Of a stretch of DNA of 64,000 nucleotides, positions 52,528 to 62,304 are shown one piece after another (position 1 is the stretch's first letter; each line of letters begins with the position of its first letter). The notes beneath the pieces were generated by a model. The model made no database searches. It was not told the DNA's origin and worked only from the letters and a program-made list of their open reading frames with translations. The DNA comes from Nostoc sp. (GTDB lineage: Bacteria > Cyanobacteriota > Cyanobacteriia > Cyanobacteriales > Nostocaceae): contig JBALDB010000006.1 of assembly GCA_036918135.1 (NCBI GenBank), forward strand, positions 1 through 64,000. Direction: 5' to 3'. The translations under genes were made by a program, and so were the position numbers.

Positions 52528-52686
52528 TAGGGAACTTTAAGAAATAAATTATTCCGTTTAAAGTTGCGTGAATTTAATATAGCCGTAGTCACACTCTTTA
52601 GGACATTTTGAAAGGGTGAAAGAAGAGAGTTAGCAATAGTTTTACCTCCAGCAAGAACTGCCCTCTGCCTCCTGCCTTCTGCTATA
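52528..52686. mobile_element. Partial family B copy 5 followed by family A copy 5 (52578-52686, inverted)
   Basis: TAGGGAACTTTAAGAAATAAATTATTCC, then TATAGCCGTAGTCAC...GCTATA. Confidence 0.82.
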
Positions 52687-52792
52687 AATTTTAAAAAACC
52701 CCGCTTCCATTCCTCTTCCGATTTCGGGAAGAGGCTTAAAAATCTTATTCTTTCGTAGCAAGTTGAAGACTTTTTGCCCCTTCTGTTGTAAA

Positions 52793-52919
52793 TAAGTCGG
52801 CACAATAAAACAAAACTATGTAAAGAAAAATAAACAAAGCTTAAACCCTTTTTCTTCCCGCCTCCTGCTCCCTGCTTCTTGCCTTATTTCAACAATAATT
52901 ATTTACACTGACTTACTTA
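52793..52919. repeat. MITE-like element with imperfect terminal IR
   Basis: TAAGTCGGCACAATAAA...TTATTTACACTGACTTA, with internal CTCCTGC heptamers. Confidence 0.55.
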
Positions 52920-53080
52920 GGAAACGGGTTATGTTGCGTCATACTTAGGTTATATATCCTTAGTAGGATAAAAAATAGTGTTCGCATACAAAAAATAAAT
53001 TACCTATACCTAAAGATAGATTGTGAGTTTGATTTCAACGGCGGTGAAATTCATTTTTAATCAAGTAATTAAATTGATAT

Positions 53081-54391
53081 ATGCAAACTAATCAAATTCC
53101 TCCTGGAAGCTTTGGTTTACCGATATTAGGTGAGACACTTTCCTTTTTATTTGACCGCAACTTTAGTAAAAAGCGCTATCAACAGTATGGCTCTATTTTT
53201 AAAACTCATCTTCTTGGCAGACCTACTGTAGTTATGGTGGGGCCAGAAGCCTTAGAGTTTGTTTTGTCAACCCATATGGATAATTTTTCTTGGCGCGAAG
53301 GATGGCCCGCTAATTTTAAGATATTGCTGGGTGAATCACTTTTTTTACAAGATGGAGAGGAACACCGTAGAAATCGCCGCTTGATGATGCCAGCTTTGCA
53401 TGGGCCAGCATTGGCGAATTATGTCGCCACAATGGAAGATATCACACGTAGTTATCTGCAAAAGTGGGAGAAGCAGCAGGAGTTTACTTGGTTCCAAGAG
53501 TTTAAACAACTGACGTTTGATATTGCCAGTCAATTGTTGCTGGGTACGCGTTCTGGAGTTGAAGGTATGCGCCTGAGCCAGTTGTTTACAATCCTAGCAA
53601 ATGGGCTGTTTGCTATTAATCCTTTGCCTTTACCATTTACTAAATTTGGGAAAGCGTTAGCAGCCCGTAATCAAATTTTAGAGCATGTGACTAAGGTCGT
53701 TAGAGAGCGCCAGCAAAACCCAACCAAAGATGTTCTGAGTTTGTTAGTCCAAGCTAAAGATGAAGATGGTAATAGTCTAAGTGAAAAAGAACTCATTGCC
53801 CAAGCGCTACTATTACTTTTTGCCGGACATGACACCACAACTACAATGTTGACTTGGTTGTGTCTAGAATTAGCCCGTCATCCAGAGGTACTGCAACGCG
53901 CCAGGGAAGAACAACTAAAATTTGCTGATGTTGGTTCTTTAACTTTAGAACAATTGGGACAAATGCCTTATTTAGACCGAGTTTTATGGGAAGTTGAAAG
54001 GCTACGTCCATCTGTTGGTGCGGGATTTCGTGGTGTTGTTAAAGAATTTGAATTTAAAGGCTGTTATGTTCCTGCTGGTTGGCAGTTATACTATGCGATC
54101 GCATTTACTCATCGTCTCCCAGAAATTTATTCTCAGCCAGAGCGTTTTGACCCTGACCGCTTCAGCCCTCAGCGTCAAGAACATAAACAATATCCCTTTA
54201 GTTTAGTTGGTTTTGGTGGTGGGCCGCGCGTCTGTATTGGTATAGCTTTTGCAAAAATGGAAATGAAGATTATCGCTGCCCATCTTCTAAGTAGCTATGA
54301 TTGGGAAATCTTACCCAATCAAAGTCTAGATACAATGGGTATTCCTAATCGTCCTAAAGATGGGTTACGAATTCGATTTAAGCCTCGGTGA
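53081..54391 (+). CDS. Cytochrome P450 (CYP120-like)
   Basis: PPGSFGLP, AGHDTT, EVER (ExxR), FDPDRF, FGGGPRVCIG. Confidence 0.95.
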   Translation: MQTNQIPPGSFGLPILGETLSFLFDRNFSKKRYQQYGSIFKTHLLGRPTVVMVGPEALEFVLSTHMDNFSWREGWPANFKILLGESLFLQDGEEHRRNRRLMMPALHGPALANYVATMEDITRSYLQKWEKQQEFTWFQEFKQLTFDIASQLLLGTRSGVEGMRLSQLFTILANGLFAINPLPLPFTKFGKALAARNQILEHVTKVVRERQQNPTKDVLSLLVQAKDEDGNSLSEKELIAQALLLLFAGHDTTTTMLTWLCLELARHPEVLQRAREEQLKFADVGSLTLEQLGQMPYLDRVLWEVERLRPSVGAGFRGVVKEFEFKGCYVPAGWQLYYAIAFTHRLPEIYSQPERFDPDRFSPQRQEHKQYPFSLVGFGGGPRVCIGIAFAKMEMKIIAAHLLSSYDWEILPNQSLDTMGIPNRPKDGLRIRFKPR

Positions 54392-54396
54392 AATTT

Positions 54397-55125
54397 ATGG
54401 CACTTCCTATAGAGATAAATTTATCTGAAGAAGTTTTGCAACGCTTGCAAACAGCGAAAGATATAGTGCAACAAGCTAGACAGTCTTTGCAGAACACAGC
54501 AGCTACTACGACCGATAGGGCAATTAATAAAGTTACTACAACTCTGGAACAAGCTAAAGGTTCTTTAGAACAAAGTTGGCAAACGGCAGAGCAACTCAAG
54601 AGTACAACATCCGGAGCAGTACAAACAGCAATTAATTCTTCTATTAATGATTGGCTGACACAACATCCTGTAGTTTTTCGGTTAGTTCAAATACTAAGTT
54701 GGGCGGCTAATCACCCAATTATTAGTTTAGTAATTCTAGTATTTGCCTTAGCTCTATTTTGGAGTATCATCAGAGCAATTGTCCGCGTTATTGAAACAGC
54801 TAGTTGGTCACTACTAAAAGTCCCGGTCAACTTACTTCTGGCTTTAGTTAAAGTTAGCTTTGTTTCCTTAACTCAAGTTGGTAGTTTTGCTGTTCAACGA
54901 ATTACACTTACAAAAACAATAGATAACCTCCCAGTTTTACTACCTGAAAATTTTCAAACAAATAAACAACAGCGATTAGTAGAAATTTCTACTCGTTTAG
55001 CAGCAATTCAAAACGAACAGCAAGAGCTTTTACAAGAAGCAGCAGATTTGATTGCTTCCGACACAATTGAGTTAAAAATATCAGAAATTAAACCGCTAAA
55101 AAACGTTGAATCACATCTTGGCTGA
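54397..55125 (+). CDS. Hypothetical membrane protein with helical/coiled-coil ends
   Basis: Open frame starting 5 nt after the P450 stop; central TM segment HPIISLVILVFALALFW. Confidence 0.7.
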   Translation: MALPIEINLSEEVLQRLQTAKDIVQQARQSLQNTAATTTDRAINKVTTTLEQAKGSLEQSWQTAEQLKSTTSGAVQTAINSSINDWLTQHPVVFRLVQILSWAANHPIISLVILVFALALFWSIIRAIVRVIETASWSLLKVPVNLLLALVKVSFVSLTQVGSFAVQRITLTKTIDNLPVLLPENFQTNKQQRLVEISTRLAAIQNEQQELLQEAADLIASDTIELKISEIKPLKNVESHLG

Positions 55126-55786
55126 GTTCGTCGGTGGAACCGGAGGCGACAATACCACCTTTTTGCATGGCGTAATAGTAATCGGCTTGACGAACAAAGT
55201 GCAAATGTTGCTCTACCAATAACACAGAAATGCCTGTGGTTTCGACGATGCGACGGACTGCGGCTTCAATTTCTAGGATGATGGAGGGTTGAATACCTTC
55301 GGTGGGTTCGTCTAAGACGAGTAATTGAGGTTGTCCTATTAAAGCACGAGCGATCGCTAATTGTTGCTGCTGTCCTCCACTTAAATCTCCACCCATGCGC
55401 CAGAGCATAGTTTTTAACACGGGAAATAAGCTAAAAACTTCTTCGGGAATTTCTGCTTTTTTGACTGGTTTACGTCTAGCTTCTAACCCCAAGAGCAGAT
55501 TTTCTTTGACTGTTAGCCGAGGAATAATTTCTCGTCCTTGGGGAACATAACCAATTCCTAATTTTGCTCTTTGGTCAGCAGATTTGGAATTGATTAGTTG
55601 TTCAGCAAAATTAATTGTACCGCTGCGGGGTTTGAGTAAACCCATGATAGTTTTAAGTAGAGTGGTTTTACCTACACCATTGCGTCCGATGAGGCAGACC
55701 ATTTGCCCAGATGGTACGGTTAAATCTACGTTGCGGAGAATGTGGCTTTCGCCGTAGTAAACGTTAAGGTTAGAGATTTTTAGCAT
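55088..55786 (-). CDS. urtE: Urea ABC transporter ATP-binding subunit
   Basis: YYGESHIL, GRNGVGKT, YVPQGREI, LSGGQQQQL, DEPTEGIQPSI. Confidence 0.95.
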   Translation of the reverse strand: MLKISNLNVYYGESHILRNVDLTVPSGQMVCLIGRNGVGKTTLLKTIMGLLKPRSGTINFAEQLINSKSADQRAKLGIGYVPQGREIIPRLTVKENLLLGLEARRKPVKKAEIPEEVFSLFPVLKTMLWRMGGDLSGGQQQQLAIARALIGQPQLLVLDEPTEGIQPSIILEIEAAVRRIVETTGISVLLVEQHLHFVRQADYYYAMQKGGIVASGSTDELSQDVIQRFLAV

Positions 55787-55961
55787 TAGTTCACGTAGAG
55801 GCGCAGAGAGAAAAAATTGAGTTTTTATAGTTTTGTACAAAATGGAATGTTTTACTCATCCCACTTACTGAACCGAGATCGACTTTGCATACAGGCTGTT
55901 GACCATCAACTGTAGTCAAATAATAGCGACTACTGGTATTTTTTACAACAAAAATAGGGCA

Positions 55962-56021
55962 GTTTTCTTGGGCTGCCCATTCTCAGATAGTTACATCGTC
56001 CTAGCCTGACAATCCAACATG
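55962..56021 (-). pseudogene. Fragment resembling a DUF5615 PIN-like toxin gene
   Basis: HVGLSG*DDVTI*EWAAQEN resembles the family motif DVGLSGxDDxxILEWAAQE as recalled; short. Confidence 0.45.
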
Positions 56022-56113
56022 TAAAAACGGGGTTTTAAACAGAATTTTTGATAACTGGTGAAATGCTTTATACATATACATTTTCGTAGTTTTTGACCCA
56101 TTTTTTTGATTTT

Positions 56114-56130
56114 TTTGTGAGAAATCTGGG
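56114..56130 (+). repeat. Dispersed element end TTTGTGAGAAATCYGGG (second copy at 62248-62264)
   Basis: 16/17 match between copies, each preceded by GTTTTTGA. Confidence 0.55.
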
Positions 56131-56245
56131 AAAAGAATATGAACGCGGGTTCACGAAATTATGACCAAGCAACTCTTAGGGAGTTACCTATCTGTTATTA
56201 TCAATTCTGTTAAAGTCAGACAGAAATTATTCTAGGAGATAAACA

Positions 56246-57235
56246 ATGGGCAAGAAATATGATGTTTATGGTGTAGGTAACGCTTTAGTAGATATAGAAT
56301 ACGAAGTATCTCCAGAGTTACTACAAGAGTTAAAGATTGACAAAGGTGTAATGACACTTTTAGATGAAGATAGTCAAAATCATATTTTGGAAAATCTCAA
56401 AAATCTTCATTGCCATAAGAGTTGTGGAGGTTCGGCAGCAAACACAATAGTGGCAATTAGTCAACTAGGAGGAAAAGCTTTTTATTCCTGTAAAGTGGCT
56501 AATGATAAATTTGGAGACTTTTACATAGAAGATTTACTCAACTGTCAGGTAGATACTAACTTAAAAAATGGCGATCGCCAATCAGGAATTACAGGTAAAT
56601 GTTTGGTGTTAGTAACTCCCGATGCAGATCGCACTATGAATACATTTTTGGGAATTACTGGAGATTTTTCTACACAAGAATTAGTATTAGAAGCGATCGC
56701 TGATTCAGAATATCTATATATCGAAGGATATTTAGTGACTTCTTCCACAGCAAAAGAAGCAGCTATAAAGGCTAGAGAAATAGCTGAAAAAGCGGGAGTA
56801 AAAACCAGCATGTCTCTATCTGATTACAACATGGTGAAATTTTTTAAAGATGGTTTATTAGATATTATTGGATCTGGTTTAGACTTGATTTTTGCTAATG
56901 AAACTGAAGCATTAGAACTAGCAGATACACAAGATTTTCAAGTAGCTGTAGACAAACTAAAAACCTTGACTAAGAGATTTGCCATTACTCGCGGTGCCAA
57001 GGGTTCAGTAGTATTTGATGGTGAGAAATTAATTGAAATCGCTGCACCTCAAGTAAAAGCTGTAGATACAGTGGGAGCAGGAGATATGTATGCAGGAGCT
57101 TTCCTCTATGGAATTAGCCAAGGTATGAGCTATGAAGAAGCCGGAAAATTAGCATCAGCCGCAGCTTCTAAGATTGTTACATCCTACGGGCCAAGATTAA
57201 AAACTGAGGAATTAAAGGCATTAGTTACTGCTTAG
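56246..57235 (+). CDS. PfkB-family (adenosine kinase-like) kinase
   Basis: GNALVD, GGSAANT, FANETE, VDTVGAGD; AGGAG RBS. Confidence 0.92.
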   Translation: MGKKYDVYGVGNALVDIEYEVSPELLQELKIDKGVMTLLDEDSQNHILENLKNLHCHKSCGGSAANTIVAISQLGGKAFYSCKVANDKFGDFYIEDLLNCQVDTNLKNGDRQSGITGKCLVLVTPDADRTMNTFLGITGDFSTQELVLEAIADSEYLYIEGYLVTSSTAKEAAIKAREIAEKAGVKTSMSLSDYNMVKFFKDGLLDIIGSGLDLIFANETEALELADTQDFQVAVDKLKTLTKRFAITRGAKGSVVFDGEKLIEIAAPQVKAVDTVGAGDMYAGAFLYGISQGMSYEEAGKLASAAASKIVTSYGPRLKTEELKALVTA

Positions 57236-57323
57236 GGAACTTCAAAAAATAAATTATTCGGGTTCAGGTCATTGACAGTTGACTTTTGAGTGTCAACCAT
57301 TAGCCAAAATCCACTCAGTCCCC
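57233..57323 (+). mobile_element. Family B copy 6 (degenerate right half)
   Basis: TAGGGAACTTCAAAAAATAAATTATTC, beginning at the pfkB stop codon. Confidence 0.65.
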
Positions 57324-57326
57324 AGC

Positions 57327-58073
57327 TCATTCTTCCTGTTTTCCTAAATATACTTCAATCACACGTGAGTCATTTTGCACTTCCTCAAAATTGCCTTCAC
57401 ACAGCACTGAACCTTGATGTAGTACTGTTACTTTGCGAGCAATTTGACGTACGAATTCCATATCGTGTTCAATGACTAAGATTGAATGACTCTGAGCTAA
57501 TGCTAAAAGTAGTTCGCCAACGTTGTAGGTTTCCTCATCTGTTAAACCAGCAACCGGTTCATCAACAAGTAATAAATCAGGAGACTGTGCTACTAACATC
57601 CCAATTTCTAAACGTTGCTTTTCACCGTGGGAAAGTAAAGCTGCTGGAATGTCTGCTTTAGGACTTAAACCGATGGTTTCTAACAAGCCTTTAACACTGT
57701 TTTTTTCTGTAGTGCTAGAACTAGCAAACAAAGTAGAAAAGACATTTTTATTCTTGTTACTGGTTATTTCTAGATTTTCGCGGGGTGTTAAATTTAAATA
57801 AACTCTAGGCGTTTGGAATTTGCGCCCAATTCCTAACCGCGCAATTTGATGTTCTGAGAAAGAACGTAGGTTTCTTCCTTTGAATAGAACTCGCCCAACA
57901 GTTGGTTTGACTTTGCCGGTAATTACATCTAAAAATGTTGTCTTTCCCGCACCATTGGGGCCAATTACTACTCGTAATTCACCCACATCCATACTAAAGT
58001 TTAGTTGGTTTAAAGCTTTAAAACCATCAAAACTAACAGTTACATTTTCAGTTTCCAATATTTTGACGTTCAT
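57327..58073 (-). CDS. urtD: Urea ABC transporter ATP-binding subunit
   Basis: VSFDGFKAL, GPNGAGKT, GIGRKFQ, LSHGEKQRLEIGM. Confidence 0.96.
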   Translation of the reverse strand: MNVKILETENVTVSFDGFKALNQLNFSMDVGELRVVIGPNGAGKTTFLDVITGKVKPTVGRVLFKGRNLRSFSEHQIARLGIGRKFQTPRVYLNLTPRENLEITSNKNKNVFSTLFASSSTTEKNSVKGLLETIGLSPKADIPAALLSHGEKQRLEIGMLVAQSPDLLLVDEPVAGLTDEETYNVGELLLALAQSHSILVIEHDMEFVRQIARKVTVLHQGSVLCEGNFEEVQNDSRVIEVYLGKQEE

Positions 58074-59160
58074 GTTGCACTTGGGCGTCTTCTTCTAAAG
58101 CAGGATATGTCTCAACTTGACGACGTTTAAAAAGAGGAATGTTTTGATTACGCAGCCAACCCACTATGCCATCAGGAAGCACTGTCACAACTATTAAGAA
58201 TAGTGCCCCTTGAAAAAATAACCAGATTTCAGCAAATTGTTCACTTAAAAAAGCACGGGCATAATTAACTAACAAAGTTCCGACAATTGCCCCAATTAAA
58301 CTAGCGCGTCCCCCTACTGCCACCCAAATTACCATTTCAATCGAAAAGGCAATATCCATCGCTCTCGGCGATACAGAGCCACTTTGGATGGTGTAAAATG
58401 CTCCTGCAATGCCAGCGATCGCCCCAGAAACTCCAAACACCAAAACCTTAAAATCCGTAGGGTCATACCCAGAAAATCTTACTCTACTTTCATCATCCCG
58501 AATCGCTATTAATAATCTGCCAAAGCGTCCACTTGTTAGCCAGCGACAAATTCCGTAAGTAGCGGCGAGAAACACTACAGTCAAAGTGTAAAAAACAAAT
58601 TGCGTTTTGGTATCGCTGACCGTTGCCCCAAACAAAGTTGTAAAATCTATCAGCCCATTCGTACCGTTAAATAATTTTTGTTGACCATTAAAAAAGTTAA
58701 AAAATACAATCGTCCCCGCTTGAGTCAAGATAGAGAAATAAACTCCCTTGAGACGATTTCTAAATACTAAATATCCCAATAATCCTGCTAATAGCCCTGG
58801 AATTAATACCACAGCAGCTATTGTCAAAGGAAAAGAATAAAAAGGTTGCCAAAACCAAGGAAGTTCCGTAACTCCATAAAGCCCCATGAAATCAGGTAAC
58901 TCACCAGTAGGGACTTGCAGTTTCAGGTACATGGCGATCGCATATCCACCCAAACCAAAGAAAATACCATGTCCTAAACTCAACAAACCAGTATAACCCC
59001 AAATCAAATCGATACCCAAAGCTGCGATCGCCAGCGATAAAAATCTGCCCAACAAATTCAGGCGAAATTCCGAAAGCACTGCTGGCATAATAATAATCAG
59101 GGAAAGTGCGATCGCCACCACCACCCCCACCTCAATCAATAATCCTCCCCTCTTCCTCAT
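58048..59160 (-). CDS. urtC: Urea ABC transporter permease
   Basis: DLIWGYTGLLSLGHG, LPDFM, GVYFSILTQA, SIEMVIWVAVGGR. Confidence 0.96.
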   Translation of the reverse strand: MRKRGGLLIEVGVVVAIALSLIIIMPAVLSEFRLNLLGRFLSLAIAALGIDLIWGYTGLLSLGHGIFFGLGGYAIAMYLKLQVPTGELPDFMGLYGVTELPWFWQPFYSFPLTIAAVVLIPGLLAGLLGYLVFRNRLKGVYFSILTQAGTIVFFNFFNGQQKLFNGTNGLIDFTTLFGATVSDTKTQFVFYTLTVVFLAATYGICRWLTSGRFGRLLIAIRDDESRVRFSGYDPTDFKVLVFGVSGAIAGIAGAFYTIQSGSVSPRAMDIAFSIEMVIWVAVGGRASLIGAIVGTLLVNYARAFLSEQFAEIWLFFQGALFLIVVTVLPDGIVGWLRNQNIPLFKRRQVETYPALEEDAQVQHERQNIGN

Positions 59161-59181
59161 TCTCTGCGCCTCTGTGTGAAA

Positions 59182-60342
59182 TTAAACATCAACAGTACGT
59201 CCCTTCTGCGGAAAAATTCCCCCAGGCTTCCACTGTAAAAATACAATAATCAGCGCAAATACCATTACCTTCGCCATACTCGTCGTGGCAAAAAAAGTAA
59301 AGAAATCTGCCAAAGGCTTCACAGGAGTTAATAACAAAGCTAAAGTACCAGAACCAATTAAAAAATTAGCCGTACCAATTCCCAAAGCTGCCACAATAGT
59401 ACCTGCTAAATTCCCCACACCCCCTACCACAACAACCATGAAAGTATCGATAATATAGTTTTGTCCCGTATTCGGCCCCACAGAACCGAGTAAACTAATC
59501 GCACATCCAGCTACACCAGCTAAACCCGAACCAAGGGCAAAAGTAACTGCATCAACTTTTTCAGTCGGGATACCCAAACAAGCACTCATACTTCGGTTTT
59601 GCGTCACAGCCCGAATTTTTAAACCCCAGCTAGAACGTTGTAAAAATAAATAAATACCCGCTACACAAATTATTGTTAAAGCAATAATAAATAACCTGGC
59701 AAAGGGTAATTGTACGCCACCTAAAGACATTCCTGCTTGTAACCAAGTAGGTGCAGTTACATCCACATTTTGAGCGCCAAACCAAGGTTGAGTTACTGCT
59801 AGTTGATAAGTTTGACTTAATAAATTAGCTATTGTCAGCGTTACGCCCAGCGATAGTAATAACAACACCGCTACAACTAAATTCCGAACTCTTGCTAGAT
59901 TTGTGCGAGAATTTAAAATCCATAAACCACCAAAAAATAACAGAGAAAATATAGCTATACCAATTATTAATACCCAATTTACACTGCGAACAAATTGCTG
60001 AAAAATTAAACTTACTCCCCAAGTTGCCAACAGAGTTTCTAAGGGGCGTCCATAAAGATAACGAATTACACCCTTTTCTAAAATTAATCCCACAACTGCG
60101 GTGAAAATAAATGCAATAATTAAAGCTAAAAATATATAACTTTCAAACCACACACTACCCAATTGTTTGCAGCCATTTTGCACCACATATGTTGCATAAG
60201 CACCAAACATCATCAGTTCGCCATGTGCCATATTAATGACACCCATCAATCCAAATATAATCGCTAGTCCCAAAGCTGCGATTAATAATACGGCACCAAT
60301 ACTAATACCATTAAATATAGCTTCTATAAAACCTGCTAACAC
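59182..60342 (-). CDS. urtB: Urea ABC transporter permease
   Basis: FGLMGVINMAHGE, LYGRPLETLLATWG, IRAVTQNR. Confidence 0.96.
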   Translation of the reverse strand: MLAGFIEAIFNGISIGAVLLIAALGLAIIFGLMGVINMAHGELMMFGAYATYVVQNGCKQLGSVWFESYIFLALIIAFIFTAVVGLILEKGVIRYLYGRPLETLLATWGVSLIFQQFVRSVNWVLIIGIAIFSLLFFGGLWILNSRTNLARVRNLVVAVLLLLSLGVTLTIANLLSQTYQLAVTQPWFGAQNVDVTAPTWLQAGMSLGGVQLPFARLFIIALTIICVAGIYLFLQRSSWGLKIRAVTQNRSMSACLGIPTEKVDAVTFALGSGLAGVAGCAISLLGSVGPNTGQNYIIDTFMVVVVGGVGNLAGTIVAALGIGTANFLIGSGTLALLLTPVKPLADFFTFFATTSMAKVMVFALIIVFLQWKPGGIFPQKGRTVDV

Positions 60343-60357
60343 TTATTTCTCCTTATT

Positions 60358-60423
60358 TGTCATTTATCATTAGTCATTCGTCTTTTGTTATTCACTAATG
60401 ACTAATGACTAATGACTAACTAA
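60358..60423. repeat. Inverted STRR array between urtA and urtB
   Basis: GTCATT units facing (ACTAATG)x3. Confidence 0.7.
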
Positions 60424-61737
60424 TTAAACCTTCTTATATTTACCACCCTTAGCAGGGTCGCTCCAATCACAAGCAAATCCCTTGGTTTCTTTCACAAATT
60501 GATTCCAAGGAACTGGTTCAACTGGCGCAGGGGTAGCATAGACAATATCAAACAAGCCATCTAACCTGACTTGGCCAATTCGTACAATTTTAGAAATATG
60601 ATGGTTTGCATCCATTGTTACTTTACCTTCAGGTGCATCTATGGTTTGACCATACGCCGCAGCACTTACTTTAGCAATATCTGTCGTGCCAGCTTTTTCA
60701 ACTGCTTGTTTCCATAAATAAACTGCAATATATGCTGCCTCCATTGGGTCATTTGTAACTCGATTTTCACCGTATTCTTTTTTGAAAGCAGCAACAAACT
60801 TTTTGTTAGCAGGGGTGTCTACTGTTTGGAAGTAATTCCAAGCAGCGTAGTGACCTTTGAGGTACTCTACACCAATTGCTTTAACTTCTTCTTCAGCAAT
60901 ACTGACAGACATAGAAGGATATCTTTCTGGTGTCAATCCAGCTCCTTTTAATTGTTTGAAGAAAGCAACATTACTATCACCATTTAAGGTGTTATAAATT
61001 ACGCCACCATTGGGTAAAGTTTGCCTGATTTTAGTGATAATTGGTGTAACTTCTGTATTACCTAAAGGTAAGTAATCTTCGCCAACTGTTTTACCTCCTA
61101 AAGCTTCTAGCTGTGCTTTAATGATTGTATTAGCTGTTCGAGGAAAAACATAATCAGAGCCAACTAAAAAGAATTCTTTGCCCTTATTTTTTAACAACCA
61201 ATCAACAGATGGTTCGATTTGTTGATTTGGCGCTGCGCCAGTATAAAAAATATTTTTAGAACACTCTTGACCTTCATATTGTACGGGATACCAGAGCATG
61301 TGATTTTTGCTCTCAAATACTGGCTTGACGTTCTTGCGGCTAGCAGAAGTCCAACAACCAAAAACTGCGGCGACTTTATCTTGATCGATAAGCTTAGTAG
61401 CCTTTTCCCTAAAAGTATCCCAGTTAGAAGCACCATCTTCAGTAATTGCTTCAATTTGTTTACCTAAAACACCACCATTAGCATTAATTTCTTTGATTGC
61501 TAATTTTTCAGCATCAACAACACTTTTTTCACTAATAGCCATCGTACCACTCAAAGAGTGTAATATACCTACTTTAATGGTGTTACCAGTAGCAGCAGCT
61601 ACAGGAGAGGCACTAGGAGAGGCGGTTTCTGTAGCAACTGGGGTATTAGGATTAGCGCAAGCTTTCAAAAAAATGCTGCCTGTGAAACTTACAGAGCCGT
61701 AGATTAAAAACTTGCGTCGGTTAAATTGTCTTGCCAT
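60424..61737 (-). CDS. urtA: Urea ABC transporter substrate-binding lipoprotein
   Basis: NRRKFL Tat-like motif plus [43 protein letters not shown]. Confidence 0.97.
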   Translation of the reverse strand: MARQFNRRKFLIYGSVSFTGSIFLKACANPNTPVATETASPSASPVAAATGNTIKVGILHSLSGTMAISEKSVVDAEKLAIKEINANGGVLGKQIEAITEDGASNWDTFREKATKLIDQDKVAAVFGCWTSASRKNVKPVFESKNHMLWYPVQYEGQECSKNIFYTGAAPNQQIEPSVDWLLKNKGKEFFLVGSDYVFPRTANTIIKAQLEALGGKTVGEDYLPLGNTEVTPIITKIRQTLPNGGVIYNTLNGDSNVAFFKQLKGAGLTPERYPSMSVSIAEEEVKAIGVEYLKGHYAAWNYFQTVDTPANKKFVAAFKKEYGENRVTNDPMEAAYIAVYLWKQAVEKAGTTDIAKVSAAAYGQTIDAPEGKVTMDANHHISKIVRIGQVRLDGLFDIVYATPAPVEPVPWNQFVKETKGFACDWSDPAKGGKYKKV

Positions 61738-61810
61738 AATCTTTATGAATTTTCCTTTTGATGAATCAGCCAACTTATAGGAAGCTGACAATATCAATTA
61801 TTGAATTGTG

Positions 61811-61853
61811 ATATTAGTGCGATAGTTTACTAGAAAAAAGTTACTAATTATAC
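61811..61853 (-). promoter_or_regulatory. NtcA-activated class II promoter of the urt operon
   Basis: Minus strand GTATAATTAGTAAC (GTA-N8-TAC with one mismatch)-N23-TAATAT. Confidence 0.75.
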
Positions 61854-61956
61854 AAAAAGTTTTGTTTTTGTAATAAAAAATTGAATTTTGAATATTAAAG
61901 TTTGTTAACTTAATCAAGATTCTTATATTTGTTCGATTCATCTGAATATTAAGTAT

Positions 61957-62104
61957 AGGACTTACGCAAGCACTATTTTGTCATTACGATCGGAACGTAG
62001 TGTAGGCAAGCAATCCCAGAGTTTTTGGCGATTACTTCTCTACGAGACGCTCCGCGAACGCTTTGCTCGTAATGACATAAAATCGTAGTTAGTGCGTAAG
62101 TCCT
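61957..62104. mobile_element. MITE-like element with perfect 12-bp TIR and nested palindromes
   Basis: AGGACTTACGCA...TGCGTAAGTCCT; inner IR GTCATTACGA/TCGTAATGAC; SDR-like TCTCTACGAGACGCTCCGCGAA inside. Confidence 0.8.
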
Positions 62105-62304
62105 GAGGTAAATTAACCATGATATCTGATTGCAAGTGTCACAAAGTAAAATAAGACAATCACAAAGGTTTGAGATTACCAAGCTTCACTAACTATGAAA
62201 AGTGTTTAAACAAACATTGGCAGTTTTTGATTCCTCTTTTCTCCAGCTTTGTGAGAAATCCGGGCAAATAGGGATGCTCCCAAAATAACAAAATAGGGTT
62301 ATAA

